Source of the DNA: Antedon mediterranea
Lineage: Eukaryota > Animalia > Echinodermata
DNA: 64,000 nucleotides
Reading direction: 5' to 3'
NCBI RefSeq assembly: GCF_964355755.1
Contig: NC_092675.1
Location: 21,114,912-21,178,911, forward strand
The notes under the pieces were generated by a model. It saw nothing but the letters and a program-made list of their open reading frames with translations. It had not been told where the DNA came from and did not search any database. Positions 1-13,377 of this stretch are shown here, in pieces (the first letter of the stretch is position 1; each line of letters opens with the position of its first letter). Position numbers and translations under genes: made by a program.

Positions 1-1530
1 AGGAAGTAGATATACATTTAACAGTGGAATGAGTTGTTTAATAGCCAATCTGCAGGATATGGAAAAAAAAAATATGCTGGACTTTTAAATTCTCACTTTC
101 ACATGGTAATTTTGCTATAAAAAGCGGTTGTGTTAAAAGATACGTGGTGTAATATGTAGGCCAGTGCGACAAGGTCTATAGGTTGTCAAAGCAAATGGAT
201 TCTAGAATCGCCTACAAATGGATCGCAATAAAAAAAAAACTGGTAATACTGAAATTTATTATGCAATTAAAATATTACCACTGCCATGAATGATTTATAC
301 GAGATGCAATTCCATAATAGCATTTACAAACATTTCTAGGTGCAGTAATTAAAAGTGAGCTTAATTTTGAAATCAACCAAGCATGAAGAATTAACTGCTA
401 TATTGTAAAGTGTTAACAATCTGTGGGAATACACTGAACATATGATTTATGTTTCAAAATGTATCGGTAAAAAAAGGTGATGTACAAAAGATGTTTGTTA
501 GGGAAAAATTGTGGAGCTAGTACGGTAGATTGTCAGATTGTATTAGGCTATTGTTCTTTCAACGACACCACTTAATGCCTGTAAAGACAGTGGAGAAATA
601 ATCATAGTATTAAGTAAACGCATAAAATGCATAAATCGCATTGATGATGTTTTACAAACGCTAAGTGAATATTAATGAATTCTTTATTCTGATATTGATA
701 CGTCTATTGTTGTAAAATTGAGAAATCTATCCGATTTGTCTCTATTCATCATTACAAAACATTAAAAAAGAGGATAACATTTCAAAATAAATATAAAATG
801 ACATCTTAAACAATTTAGCATTTAATATTTAAACAAACTTTAATTGAATTTGATTTGCATTAAAAGGGGCTTTTTCTTACTAATTAAGAATTACTAATTC
901 AATATTATCAATGAATGGGTACTATGTAAACTAATAAACAAAGGGCTTGAACAAATGGACGGAAGAAGAAATATTTTAGAAAATTGAATACAAAACTAGG
1001 AAGCTAAATGGAATATAAATATTAAAGCCAAAGGTCAAAATGTATCACTTATAATAATAGAAAGCTACTTTAAAATAATTAAAAATAATTTATCATTCAC
1101 GCTGATCACTTATAGTACACCGATACCTACTACATAAATTGAAAAAAATAATAATTAAAAATAATCCAGAGACCGAATTATATTTGGTATATCTCACATC
1201 ACCTAATTTCTTATCTAAGAAGTATGTTTTACCAGGTAGCTGTAGCTAGTAGAGAATGTTTCAAAAAGTTAATTAAGAATGGGTAGAAAACTAAAACAGT
1301 AATTTTAGGTACCCAGATCTTCTTAGATGGGTTGTTTACAATTAGGTTGGCTGGGTAGAAGAAGGTGGTGGCCCCACTGCGCCCAATGAACAGGACTTCT
1401 TTGTAAAGAAGAAAGACTATCCTGTTCTGTATACATTTTAAAACTTAAATCCAACGGCAAGAATGGAAACAGTATGGTAATTACCATGCTATGCTAACTA
1501 CCAAGGTATATGTAAATACCAAGTAAAGTG

Positions 1531-1681
1531 TGGTTCCCACTAGGCTGTAACGCAAGGACGTAAACGCAACGCAAGCGTGTTGACCAATGACAAAGCGACA
1601 GTTCGAATAATCCGCCTCTTGTGATTGGTCAAATCAGTTACGTTGCGTTACATCCCTGTATTATGTCTCTAGTGGGAACCA
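1531..1681. mobile_element. Palindromic MITE, PIF/Harbinger-like
   Basis: TIRs TGGTTCCCACTAG / CTAGTGGGAACCA, with internal inverted arms (ACGCAACG..TTGACCAAT / ATTGGTCAA..CGTTGCGT). Confidence 0.85.
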
Positions 1682-2919
1682 AGCATTATAGAGCCCACAA
1701 ACATGAAATATTGAAAACATAACCCCTTCAAGAAACTGTCTGTTATCCTACTAAACCAATCAAGTTAATATACTTAATGACAACTTGTACCATTACCTAA
1801 TATCATCGTATTATCTACCATAATCAATATTTCTAATAAACTAACGAAACTTTAAGTAATATTAAGAAATTGTGACAACAACCATCAATACCTTGGGCAT
1901 ATTGAACCAATAATGTGTTAAGATTACATAGAGTAATATTGAAGAAGCAATATAATCCATGCTGGACAGTATGGTTCTATTCTTTCATAACAATTAAGTT
2001 AATTTTTAACATAAAAGTAATTTGTTCATAGCCATAACGTGTGAATTAATGCAGTATCTTTTTAGTATACCGTACTACTAGCAAAATAAAGAATTATAGG
2101 CTTTCTATAAAAAAAACCACACACATCTGCAGATCTTATAGGTTGTGCCATATATCTATATCTAAGCTACAATTTTAGACTAGAAAGCTCCTTTCCTTTG
2201 AACCAAATACTCGATATGCACTGGTTTACTTATTATTGGTGCAGACGAGTTAGATACAGTTAGTCTGCAAGGGGCGCAACTTAAAACACGTTCCACACAC
2301 CAAAATATGCTTTGCTATGATAGCACTAAAGCTTTAAATTTTAGTCTTTATTATATGGCTGGTGGTAGTGCCACCATTTTTGGTACAAGGTTAGTAAGTA
2401 ATTTTTAAGGCAATATAGGTTATATCCCACTACATTTTGGTCAATATAAATATTAGTGCTTTACTGGTACAGTTTGCCACTAATAAATAGCAGCAGATAC
2501 AATCCCTACGTGAGTCATGCTTTCATTTCTTTTAGTACAAATAATTGAATGAATGAGATGAATGAACTAAAGTTTGGGCTTAAATACTTAACTAACAAAC
2601 AGTATATTTGTTCTACTTACAACAAAAGAGGTTAAATTTATACCAGCCATTGTCCGGCAACGATGGTAAAGAGTTTCTTTATTATTACATTTATTAACAA
2701 ACATTTTAATTTTAGATAAACAGATATTAAAAGTAAAGCTTTTACACTATCAAACTTTATGTTACAAAAAATGGAATGTGCCCATACATGATGATGTGAT
2801 GATGATGATCACTAACATATTTGGGCATATGACTGCCATATTTGGACATATCACTTTTTTTGTCAAACTTGTTTGATAGTGTAGACAGAGCTTAATTAAA
2901 ATTGGCACCAAATTCTTAC

Positions 2920-3007
2920 CATTGCACATATTCAAGGGGACTATATGGTCCTGGAGACAAGGGATAAAATGGTCCAATATCCCCAGCATGTCTTGACCGT
3001 GGTATAC
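2920..3007 (-). CDS. TCF: TCF/LEF coding exon 5; gene continues left of the window
   Basis: Acceptor TTGTTTTTACAG|, 88 nt (G)IPRSRHAGDIGPFYPLSPGPYSPLEYVQ+TG, donor |GTAAGA. Matches vertebrate GIPRPPHPPDISPYYPLSPG...GW with a split Trp codon. Confidence 0.95.
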
Positions 3008-3360
3008 CTGTAAAAACAATACTCAAACTCAGTCATGTACAGTATTACAAAACAGAAAAACTAGTAAAGAAACCAGTAAACGTTAGCAAAAATATTTAAG
3101 ATATTATGCAAAAACACGATTAAAATGTTAACGTAAACTGGCAAGTTCAAGTAAATTCGAACACAAATAATGATGTTTCCCATATTCCCCTTGAGGGTAT
3201 ACTAAACAAAGATAAAATGGCATCCTAGTATGTAAGAATATGAATATAAAATAGGTAATGGAGTTGAATACCAAGTGAAAAGAAATAAGTGCCAAAAAAG
3301 AGAGAAAATCATATGAATTGAGACTAGAATATTTGTTACAATAGATCAACCGTTAATATA

Positions 3361-3470
3361 AACTAGAGTAAACTCTAACACTATCGCAGTGGAAAGAGTG
3401 AGCCGATTTGGAGGCTAGGAACAATCAAATATGGCGGCATCTTATCGGCCAATCTGATACGCCAGTATAA
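3361..3470 (-). mobile_element. Possible Helitron/Helentron 3'-end remnant in intron 4
   Basis: Reads ...CTCTAGTT on the minus strand next to an imperfect hairpin (ACTCT..CACT..AGTG..AGAGT); locally CpG-rich. Confidence 0.3.
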
Positions 3471-3648
3471 AGTCACACCAACTACAGTACAGCCTGCAGC
3501 ATGTTCAGTGTATCAACATTTAGTGTATGAGAAAATTCAACAGATTTTTTATTTCACCACCACAAAAGTAATTTTATATAAATTGTATTTGTAAAAAAAC
3601 AAGAGTATACTAATTTACTTTAAGTTTTAATATCATTTTTTAGAGTAC

Positions 3649-3745
3649 CTGTTTTTGGATCAATTTCTAATGGAGCTGTAAGCGGTGGTTGCATCAACAA
3701 TGGGCCATGTGGGCTCCCGGGATGTACCACAGACATCTTGCTGCC
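3649..3745 (-). CDS. TCF: TCF/LEF coding exon 4 (context-dependent regulatory region)
   Basis: Acceptor TTTTATCTTACAG|, 97 nt GSKMSVVHPGSPHGPLLMQPPLTAPLEIDPKT+G, donor |GTACTC. Corresponds to the vertebrate exon SNKVPVVQHP...DVDPKTG. Confidence 0.93.
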
Positions 3746-6700
3746 CTGTAAGATAAAATTTAAAAACATATTTATGTACACAGAACTATATTTTATCATT
3801 TTATTAGTAAATTCATAGCTAACTGTACGTGCAGTGAGTCAAATTTTTTCTACAAAAAAAAAAAAAAAAATTCACTAACAAAGATGATTTGAACCAGACA
3901 CTGGAATTTGAAGGAAACCATCATATTACAATAATCGATACCATGTTTATGAACACCATGTTAAACATTCCACAATACAAACGTGGTTTATATGTTTGTA
4001 CCATAAATAATTTAATGGCATAAAGTTACGGTTTTATGTTTTTCAAATGTTGAAATGTACACGAGAGCCATTTGCAATTTTAATCAAATCTACGGGCAAA
4101 CAAATTTAAAATTATTTTCTTTCTATACTTTATGGCTGTAGTGTAACATTTGTATCTATTAAGTTTATTGATATTTCGTGTTATTCTCAAAGTTGTAATA
4201 ATACTTATGATCATCATTACTGTAATGACTATAATTCAAATACTCAAGAATCAGTTAGGCAAAAGACCTCCGTGTTACAGTTAGTAACAGTAGGTGCTGT
4301 AAATGTTAGCTTGCGGAAGATCATAATTAACCACTGCTACTTAACTGGCATAATATTCCATCAACTACACTCTTTGATAATGCCAAGGTGGCAGATTACA
4401 AATTACAAATTGATGTTTACTGTTATTACTTCTATAAATTGTTCTATTTGTAGATTGAATCTGCTGGGGCATACCCAGAGCCTTGACGGATGCCAAAGGG
4501 CTAAAGTTAAACATGAAAATAAGTCTCAGGATATCGATATCATTCATATCTTATAACTGTACCCTGCCGGGAACTGTTTTCAAAGATAAAGTGATACTAG
4601 GTAGATTATGTGAATTGTTTGGATTTATATCCAATAGGGATAACATTTACTAATAATGTCTTAAGTACGTAATCAATAAACATTACAATTGTCAAAGAAA
4701 CCCATTTCCACCAAGGAATTTCATACATTTTTCAATTTTATTTGTTTCCAAAATAGTTTGAGGGAATGTGCAATTTCTCTACATGATCTTTAGTAAAACT
4801 CACAATGGAAAGGGCCTGGCCGAGTATGTACCAATTGATTTCTTGTTTAAAATAGCACCCTCTATGGTTTGGCCATGTTCCAAAAATACTGTACCTGTGG
4901 GGTTGGCTCAAAATGTATGGCTGTATGTGTGTTTCAGATGAATTTTTAATATTTAGTATTCAAGAATATTGGACTTAACCCCAGTTTATACTGAGGTACA
5001 CACCAGCAAATTAATTAGTTTTTCTCAAAATTGATAACAATTAATGAATTCTTGCTGTGTCAATGCTTAAACAAGAGTGGTAAGTATGGACATCTCGACC
5101 ATTATGAGCTTGTGGTTCGTAGACGATATCATTGTTGTGGAGGGATTTAAATTACAGTATGTGTTCTCCTAATGGGTAAAAGGGCTATATAATAGTTTAT
5201 CCAGGCACAGTGTAAGCGAGGCACAAAACAGAAAATAATGTTCATAGACAACATAAACAATTACATTCATGTAAACAATAAGTTAACAATTACAGAGTTT
5301 TAAAACTACATTCTGTAGTTTCACTTCAAAGCAGAAAATTGTCTTTAAGTAAATATAATATGTCTTGGAAATTAACCCTGTAAACTTTATAGATTATTTT
5401 CAAATAATATCCTCACATTTTAAATGTTTTGTGTTACACTGAACTTAGTTTAATTTAAATTGATGCGGAATTATTAAATAATATTGTTATGATAATTTCT
5501 AATCCAACTCTAATAATGATAAGCCATATCATTACTTACCTGAGTATTAACAATAGTCTGCAGTAATTTCAAAATAACAATAATGTTTAGTTAAATAGTC
5601 TCCTTATAGAAAATTTATAAATTACAAATGCCACAAACTTAATATGATATATATTAACCTGAGTATTCAAACAGTCTTTGATGAAAGAAGTTCATAAAAA
5701 TATTCTTTTAAATTCCCAAACAAACGAAAAATTTAGAGAAACTCATGTTCGGGCTAAGCAGATAACCGGCAATGGGCCGGAACTTAATGTAATTTAATAC
5801 GCAAACATAATTCTATTTAATTTAATTGAGGCCATAACATGAAAACATTATACAATAACAACCGATTGAAATGGGTTGAATTTACAATACAATTTGGGTA
5901 ACTTGGAGTTGCTATTTCCATTAGTTGTTGAGAGCGTTTATTATTATTAATAAACATTTCATAAAATGTTAATAATTTTTTTTTTAGATCATTATATTGT
6001 GCTTAAGCAAAATGATTACTGATTATTTCAAAGAAAGCAACAAAGTTATTTGAAAGTTGGTGCTAATGAAATTGTTTTCTATATAAAACAACATTAAAAT
6101 CATACATCTGAACATGGTATTTAAGGACCATTACATTTCGAAATGTCAGTTTTTTCTACACCTTATCTGGTCTAATAACTTTAATTCGGGGAAAAACACA
6201 CGTTAGAAAAGATCTATCATTAATTGAAAAATTCCATCAACTAACTTTCTTAATATTGTAGCATTTTCACCATGGCGACACTATCGTATTGTTTCTGTGC
6301 CGTATTAGAATAATCAAGCTGTTTTACGCGGTTTTTATCACTCCCTTGATATTTAATATAACAAACAAAACGTCATGACTATTAACAGTAACTTCACAAT
6401 GGTTTCTCATGTGTAAACCCATTAACCTAATTATCATGTGTATTTTTGATTTATAAGTTGGAGTATGGGTGTTGCTAACAACGAGTTTACGCGCAATATT
6501 ACGTTTAATGTCTCAGACGTATGATTTCCACTGACATCTCATAATCTTAAAATACGCTACAACTAATATATTAAGAAATAATATGTAAAATGTCATTTTT
6601 TTGGAGTGAAATATAATTTTTTTTATTACAGCGGTAACAAATAATTATCATCACATTTGAGTAGCAGAAGAAACAGTAACAATTTGATAAGGAGGCATTA

Positions 6701-6963
6701 AAATTAAATATAATATCAATATTTGTATTGAAGGCACAATTTACAGAAAACTACATTGCAAACAAATCTAGAACAAGATGAGATGACAAACAGTTAAAAT
6801 ATAGATATTTGTAGGTTAAAATTACAAGTTTGTTGTTCTAAACCAGACCCAAGCGGGAAAGTGTATAGAGTTGGTTTTGGCGAATTGTACTTGTGCAAAT
6901 TCAAACTTTTCCTTGTGAACATTTTACATCAAAAACGCAAACAAAGCATGAAAATGTTTGTAA

Positions 6964-7280
6964 AGCCGATTTTTTCACTAGCCGAACTTGTTCTCGCGAA
7001 TGGAAAGTGTCATGCTATGCGCGTACTGTCATACTCCCTTCTGCGACGAATTCTAGTTCCTTTGAATTTTCAATTCAGGGAAATTTACTAGTTCAAATTT
7101 TTCTACTTTTTGCGAAGCAAAATATTGTGAAGCTCAGGGAATGAGCTATGATGCTTTCATGAGTCCTCATGCGAATCGTAAAGCTCACCAGCCACGCGAG
7201 GAACATGAACGTCACAGCTTTTTTTTTCCCTTCGAAATGTTGGATTCGTGTGAACAAATTCGCCTAGTGGAAAATCAGCT
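6964..7280. mobile_element. PIF/Harbinger-type MITE with TAA target duplication
   Basis: Imperfect ~35-bp TIRs AGCCGATTTTTTCACTAGCCGAACTTGTTC / GAACAAATTCGCCTAGTGGAAAATCAGCT, flanked by TAA on both sides. A decayed partial copy lies just upstream (~6868-6960). Confidence 0.85.
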
Positions 7281-10200
7281 TAACTCATTCCTACAACTCA
7301 GAGGATCAATCCAATCTACAACATAAAACACACTGGTATCACTCAACAAGGTATATGGTATACAATAAAAGCAAGACAAATAACTTAATGGTTCATAAAC
7401 TATTTTGTAAGAGCACTAAGTACGATGGTTATATTTGTGAAGACAATATGAATACAACTGGTATACTTCATTTCCCTGATAAAACAATTTAGGCAATTGC
7501 AGTTTAACCAAAAGTTATTTCAGGCAGTGTATTATAAAAACAAAGTGTTTTTATAATGTTATATAAATGAAAAATAAAAAAAAGGAAATGTGCATGTGGT
7601 ATTGGTAACTGTCTATCTATGTCCCTTTACCTAGATATACCAACATGGTCTTATTTTCCACTTAGAAAGGAAACTATATAACTCGTAAACATAGGTCATA
7701 AAAACGATACACCAGCTGAAAAGTGGGTCAACAATTTGGGTTTTTTTTTCAAAAGTTCTTGCACTCTAAATGTAAAATATCTATGCAATAGTAACATTAA
7801 ACAAAATATGCTTACTTTTTAACAATTGTTTAGGCAAAAAAGTGGTACAATTAATTTCCATGTCAAAAGAGACATCGACAGGTATTTCAAGCCAAGAAAA
7901 AGGAGATTTATCAATTGTTGGACATGTGATCATTTCATTGTTTCATATCTACATAAAATTAAATTATAAACTAATAAAAACAAATTTAATTTGAATAAGA
8001 GAAGAATAAAGTTATAATACTTCGGTTAGTTTCAAATCTTTGTTTATTTCAATGTCTCGGTAATTTAAAAATGGTTATAAAATGATTCCATCTCATAAAA
8101 CTTGGCAAGTTTGGACATAAGTTGCATAATGACTGACTTAACAGCCTTTATACGACAAATCTCTTTATTGTAACATCACATGTATTCTTCAATCTTTTTA
8201 TTGACGAAAAAAAATCACCCAATAAAAATCTATAACTAAAGACATTTGCTATGCTAGTAGTAGTATCAATGATCAATCCTATACTTAACACTACAGCCAT
8301 AAAGTTTGATATCTGTACAATCATATTTTTCATAACAATTACAGTGGAACATTAGATGTGGTATGTTTATGTTGTTATGTGATAGTTATTTTACCTATCT
8401 AGATGTAGGTCATGTTCATCAGACCTCCTTTACTTTTCACACCAATGTTATCTCACACATTTTCACTGAAAACTCCTAAGGGAGTCAACATCAACCATTT
8501 GAAAGCTGCCAAAACTCTTTGAATGGTCACCAATGTTGCAATGAAGAGAGAAAATTTAGACCAGGCAAGGCAAAAAACACCACAATGCGCCACAAAAACA
8601 GTTAAATAGTTAGTTGACTCGATGCAAACTACTTTTCTATACGCTTACATGCTATCAGATCGTTTCACGCCTCACCGATTCCACTTCACCCATAGTGACT
8701 TTGTTCTACATACGAACGTAATTATAATATAGTTATTCACACAATGCATTGTCTCGTAGTAGCTAATCTACTCCCCTTAAAATAGAAACCATAAACTCAC
8801 TGGATTCCAACAGATCATATAGGATAAAAAATACATTACGTTAAGATATGTCAGACAGAATATATGCACTGGTATGTAACGGGTTAACGTCCCCTTTAAA
8901 CCCCGAGCCAGCAATCTCCCAACTGAAACAACCAAGAAAAACAACAATAACAACCTTTCACACAAACTTAGTATTGTTTGTCATTGCTCATTCCATTGTT
9001 ACCATTGTCATCAAATTTAGGTACCTAATGTGACTAAAAACAATTTATTTATACAAACTCAAATTATGGATACTAAAAAGGGTTTGTGTAACCTATGACC
9101 TCTTCTCCCTTAGATAAAAACTGGTTACGTATCTGGTTACATATTTTTTAAAGATATTACATAAAAACATAGAGAAGCTGTTGGATCGTTTAATGTCCTA
9201 TATAACTTTTTATATTATCAATCTAATAGCTTTATTGACCACAAGATTCTTTATTACTAATTTATTAACCTATTAATTTCTTATCTGTGAGTAAAGAGAG
9301 GAATAAAAAAATTAGAAAAGTAACCAATGGTTTTCCCAGTTCATAGCACGCAAAATTATAGATTTGATGAAATTAACCAGTTAGGTAAACAAATACTTAA
9401 GTTTTTTCCTGAACAGTCTGGCCAAATGAAAACTACTTGTTCCGCCAGACATCCTCCAGTGATTCGGATTTCCTTTGGAGTTTCTCAAGTATGCACCTGG
9501 ACTATATTACCTGTCATTTCATCCGTTTTGATGTATTTAAGCAATTACGTAAAACTAATACGCAATTTATTAATTATTGTTATTTCACTGATTGGTCTAA
9601 CTCTGAAGTCTTTAGTAATGTTTGCTAGGAAAATGAGTACCGTAATATTGTTAAAATTACACTTTTAACATCATGTCTTTCCTATTCTATGTTTCTGAAC
9701 CGTTAAGATCAAACCGATCATAAAATCACATCTGCTCTATGCCATGTAATTTTATACGTGAAAAGCTATCGCTGCAAAGACTATTAACTACTATTATTAC
9801 CCTTCTTATTTTTATGCTGATATTTTAAACATCGAAAAACTAAAGAAATATATAGAAAAATATTTATGGTTTTTGATTTCTGTAAAATAATGAAAATAAT
9901 TCATAAAATAAATACATTCAATACAATAGCTTATTCATTTTAAACATTATTTTCAAAGACAACAGTTTAGGTATGGTCATTAACTAAAATATCCTAACTA
10001 ATTGAATACACAAACTAGATATTGTGTAGGGAGTGCCGCTTGGATAAATGCCCTCCCCCCAGACAAGAGGTCTTGCAAAATGAAGATGGACCTCCCAATT
10101 AAGGTCAGTTTGTTGACTATGCCATTTGTGGAGAGGGGTGTTCAATGAATTTTCTACTGTTCAAGTTATATCCATCTATTTGAGAATAGACTTAACTAAT

Positions 10201-10892
10201 TGAATAAAAACACTAGTAGTAGAAGTATGGCTACAATGTTAAATGTGCTCTAGGTCCCACTATTATTTTACACTTGCTCAAACAATAATTCCACTATTTT
10301 CTTACACATGCTCGAGCATCAAACACACCAATATTTATAGTGCAACACTATTACTATATTTCACTTGCAACAAACTCATATCCCATGGTCTGTACAAGTT
10401 AAATAAATAACATACATACAATCCATTACAAAAAAAGGATGTACAGTACACTGTTTAGGGAATAGATAATGCATGATTTAATGGACCTTTAACAAGAACA
10501 TGTAAAAGATTAAGATAATGTGTAATTGGGATTAAGTAAAGTAAGAACTTAATTCATGTTCAGGGACTAAGTGAATGATTACGATTATTCATCAAGAGGA
10601 AGCAATGAATGACTGGATCATCTTATGGATTAGTTCTCTGATTCAGTTTACAATATCAATTTAAACAAAATGTTTTTATATTATTATTTCTAGTATAGTT
10701 TACCATCTCTTTTGTAGATTCATTAATTTCAAATTATCTTTTTTACCGTAACAAACACATTTAGAATACCTGAAGTTATGAAAAACCAGACATATTACTA
10801 TTAGGCCAGCCCAAGTGTATCCAGTATTGAGAGAGTTGACTGTAATAATACTGTATATACAATAATTTAATACATAATGTTCTGTTTTGATA

Positions 10893-11162
10893 AGCCTGGT
10901 TTCCATAAAATCGCTACACGACAGAGCGTAACGATTCTATGGAAACGCTAGAATTTATCGGGGATCTAGTACGCGAGCGCTAAATATTCTTTGGTACGCG
11001 TATACGATTCATCGCCGACAAAATCGGCAAAGTTCAACCATGTTCAACTTTGCCGATTTTGACTGCGATGAGTCGGGGTGCCTTCATGATTGCGTCGGCG
11101 ACATCAGCGTGTGTAGCAATTTTAATGGAAACGCTGTAGCGATTTTAATGGAAACCAGGTTT
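10893..11162. mobile_element. Palindromic MITE, PIF/Harbinger-like
   Basis: TIRs CCTGGTTTCCAT.AAAATCGCTACA / TGTAGCGATTTTAATGGAAACCAGG; central hairpin AAAATCGGCAAAGTT..AACTTTGCCGATTTT (~11020-11060); CpG-rich. Confidence 0.88.
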
Positions 11163-13361
11163 TATACTAGTTTTACTGATCTTGATTGACGTCCACACTT
11201 ACTTTTATGTTAGACATGCTAAAAAAGCAAAAACACAGATAGATTGTATGTTGTTATTACATTAAATTGTCTTTAAATATTTATCATGAATATAAGTTTG
11301 TTTATTGAATTTATTCATTCATCCAAATCTCTGTGCATGTGTGTAAAATATCACATCAATGAATTATGTGGTTTTAAAGCATTTGCAACTGATTAATAAT
11401 TATCATAATTCTTGTAACTATAGCAAAGTGTATATTTCACATGTTGCCCTCTTGAAGCTAAAGTATGCTATGTACTTGTATGTCACTAGTATTTGACCCT
11501 CTACTTGCTAGATATTAGTACACTTACAAGGAGAGTATTTACCTCATAGATACTGTCAAATCCATGCACAGATTCTATACTTTAAAACGGTTAAGCCTCC
11601 TTTAAAAATATGTACTTATTTTTTTTTTATGAACGCACTTACAGAATGAACAGAAAAGAATAGGATGAATAAAATTACGTTATTATTATTATATTGAAAT
11701 CATTATAGCATTGCCTACCTGGATAACCCAGCAATTGTCTTTTCTCTGCTAAGATAAGGGATATAATTATAAAGTATAATGTTGAACACCCTATTTTACA
11801 ATGGTATAGTCCGTGGACCCTTCCTTTAAGATGGCTGACGGTTATCTTAGTATGTATTACATTTGTTCAATTTAATCATACTTTTTTAACTTGACATTTA
11901 AAGAATATTTAAATTCTTTTGATTTTCCTAGAAAAATGTTTATTTTATTACAAAGTATACAAAAAATTCCAATTTTTTCTGAAAGTATTAAAAGGAATAT
12001 CAATGTTATGGCAAAAAAATTAAATGTTAGCTCATATTCAGAAAAAAAAAATTATATATCCTGATTTGATGCTTGTAAGTGGAAAGTGGAGTAGTCATTG
12101 TCAACAACAAAAATGTTTCAATTCAGATAGACAATACATTCAAATTTAAATAACATACTATTTACTGAATGGTTTATTTTTTTTATTGTATAACACCAAA
12201 GAAAGAAACAATCAGAACAGCCTTCCTTCCTTTCTTTAATGTTGAGGTCAGCTGTAAATCCTCTGAATAAAAATAAAGATACACAAAAAAAGAGAGAGAA
12301 TAATAAACTGCAGAAGATGACAATAATTAAGATTAATAATATGTGTCTACCAAAATAACTATGTGGTAAAATCCTGTATAGTTCCAATCGAGGTTAACTA
12401 CAGCATAATAATACTACTGCACATACACAAGGGCAGTAGCATACACTCTCTGCTAGGCAAACGCCACCCACCTGTCAGTCAGTACAGTACTTATCTGGGA
12501 AATTACAACTGGCGTATAAAATCTCAGGAGAGAAGATTAATTCTAAAGCAAATTTCCTCATCAAATTCCACAAGTACTCATAAGGGGGAACTACGCAGTT
12601 GTACTGAGAATAACGTTTCCATGCGGTTCTCCACACAGAGCCTAATATAACACAAAGCCTATATTCGATTTGTTTCAAGGGCAATTCCAAATAGCATTGT
12701 ATCAGTTTCATTGTGATTATTATGTGTATCAAGTTTTAATTTCAAACTTGGAAATGTAAATCAATCTGGTATGCAATTTAGCCCCTACTAGACAGTGTTA
12801 AGTAATTTTAGTGAATTTAGGATGTTTCTTTAATAGGTATAATAATGAACACTAAGAAAAATTATGAGAAAAGGCTATACCCCTGCTGAGAATGAATGAG
12901 TCATAATATAACTGAGTCAGTGGGGAGGGGTAATGATTTATTTTGGAGCTTCACAGCCAATTAGGTGAATACAACATACAGGTTGTTTGTATCGCAAATC
13001 TATTCTAAATTATAAAAAAGTTGCCATAAAATCATTTCTAAAATTACGTTCAAATCAAAAATCTTAACGACACTACAGTATACAATAGTAATGCTGGTAA
13101 CTTAAATGTATGTTTTATTATATACTGTTTATTAATTAAATACAATCAGTTATGTTATTACATGACTTGTGAGTGTGGAGAAATTTAATGACAAGAAACA
13201 AATAACGTTAATTTTAATATAGAAGTGTAAAACATTAATTAAAAATTATAATAATTACTCATGTTAGACATGGCAGAACAAGATGGCTTAAATATAAACA
13301 TTTATAGATTTAATTTGATGTTGTTTGTCATACTTTAATTTTGTTACAGAATGTCAATAAA

Positions 13362-13377
13362 TAGCGCCCTCAAGTGT
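13362..13377 (-). promoter_or_regulatory. CTCF-like motif
   Basis: Minus strand ACACTTGAGGGCGCTA resembles the CTCF core CCAC(T/C)AG(A/G)GGGCGCT; CpG retained in a CpG-poor context. Confidence 0.45.

Noticed and set aside
1311-1421. Possible next TCF exon (minus-strand frame containing ...TTFFYPANLIVNNPS, loosely like vertebrate YPTALTVN)
   Set aside because: No pyrimidine tract at the only frame-compatible AG, a weak donor, and the rest of the peptide does not resemble TCF; needs RNA-seq.
2762-3019. ORF-track 85-aa minus ORF
   Set aside because: Wrong frame over true exon 5; the TCF peptide lies in another frame.
3128-3349. ORF containing PFY..YPQGEY, considered as a duplicated alternative to exon 5
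   Set aside because: Similarity is marginal and no suitable donor site was found.
8590-8899. CpG-rich patch ending GGGTTAACGTCCCCTTTAA (possible Kolobok end; similar end at ~11590-11605)
   Set aside because: No matching left terminus found; too fragmentary to delimit.
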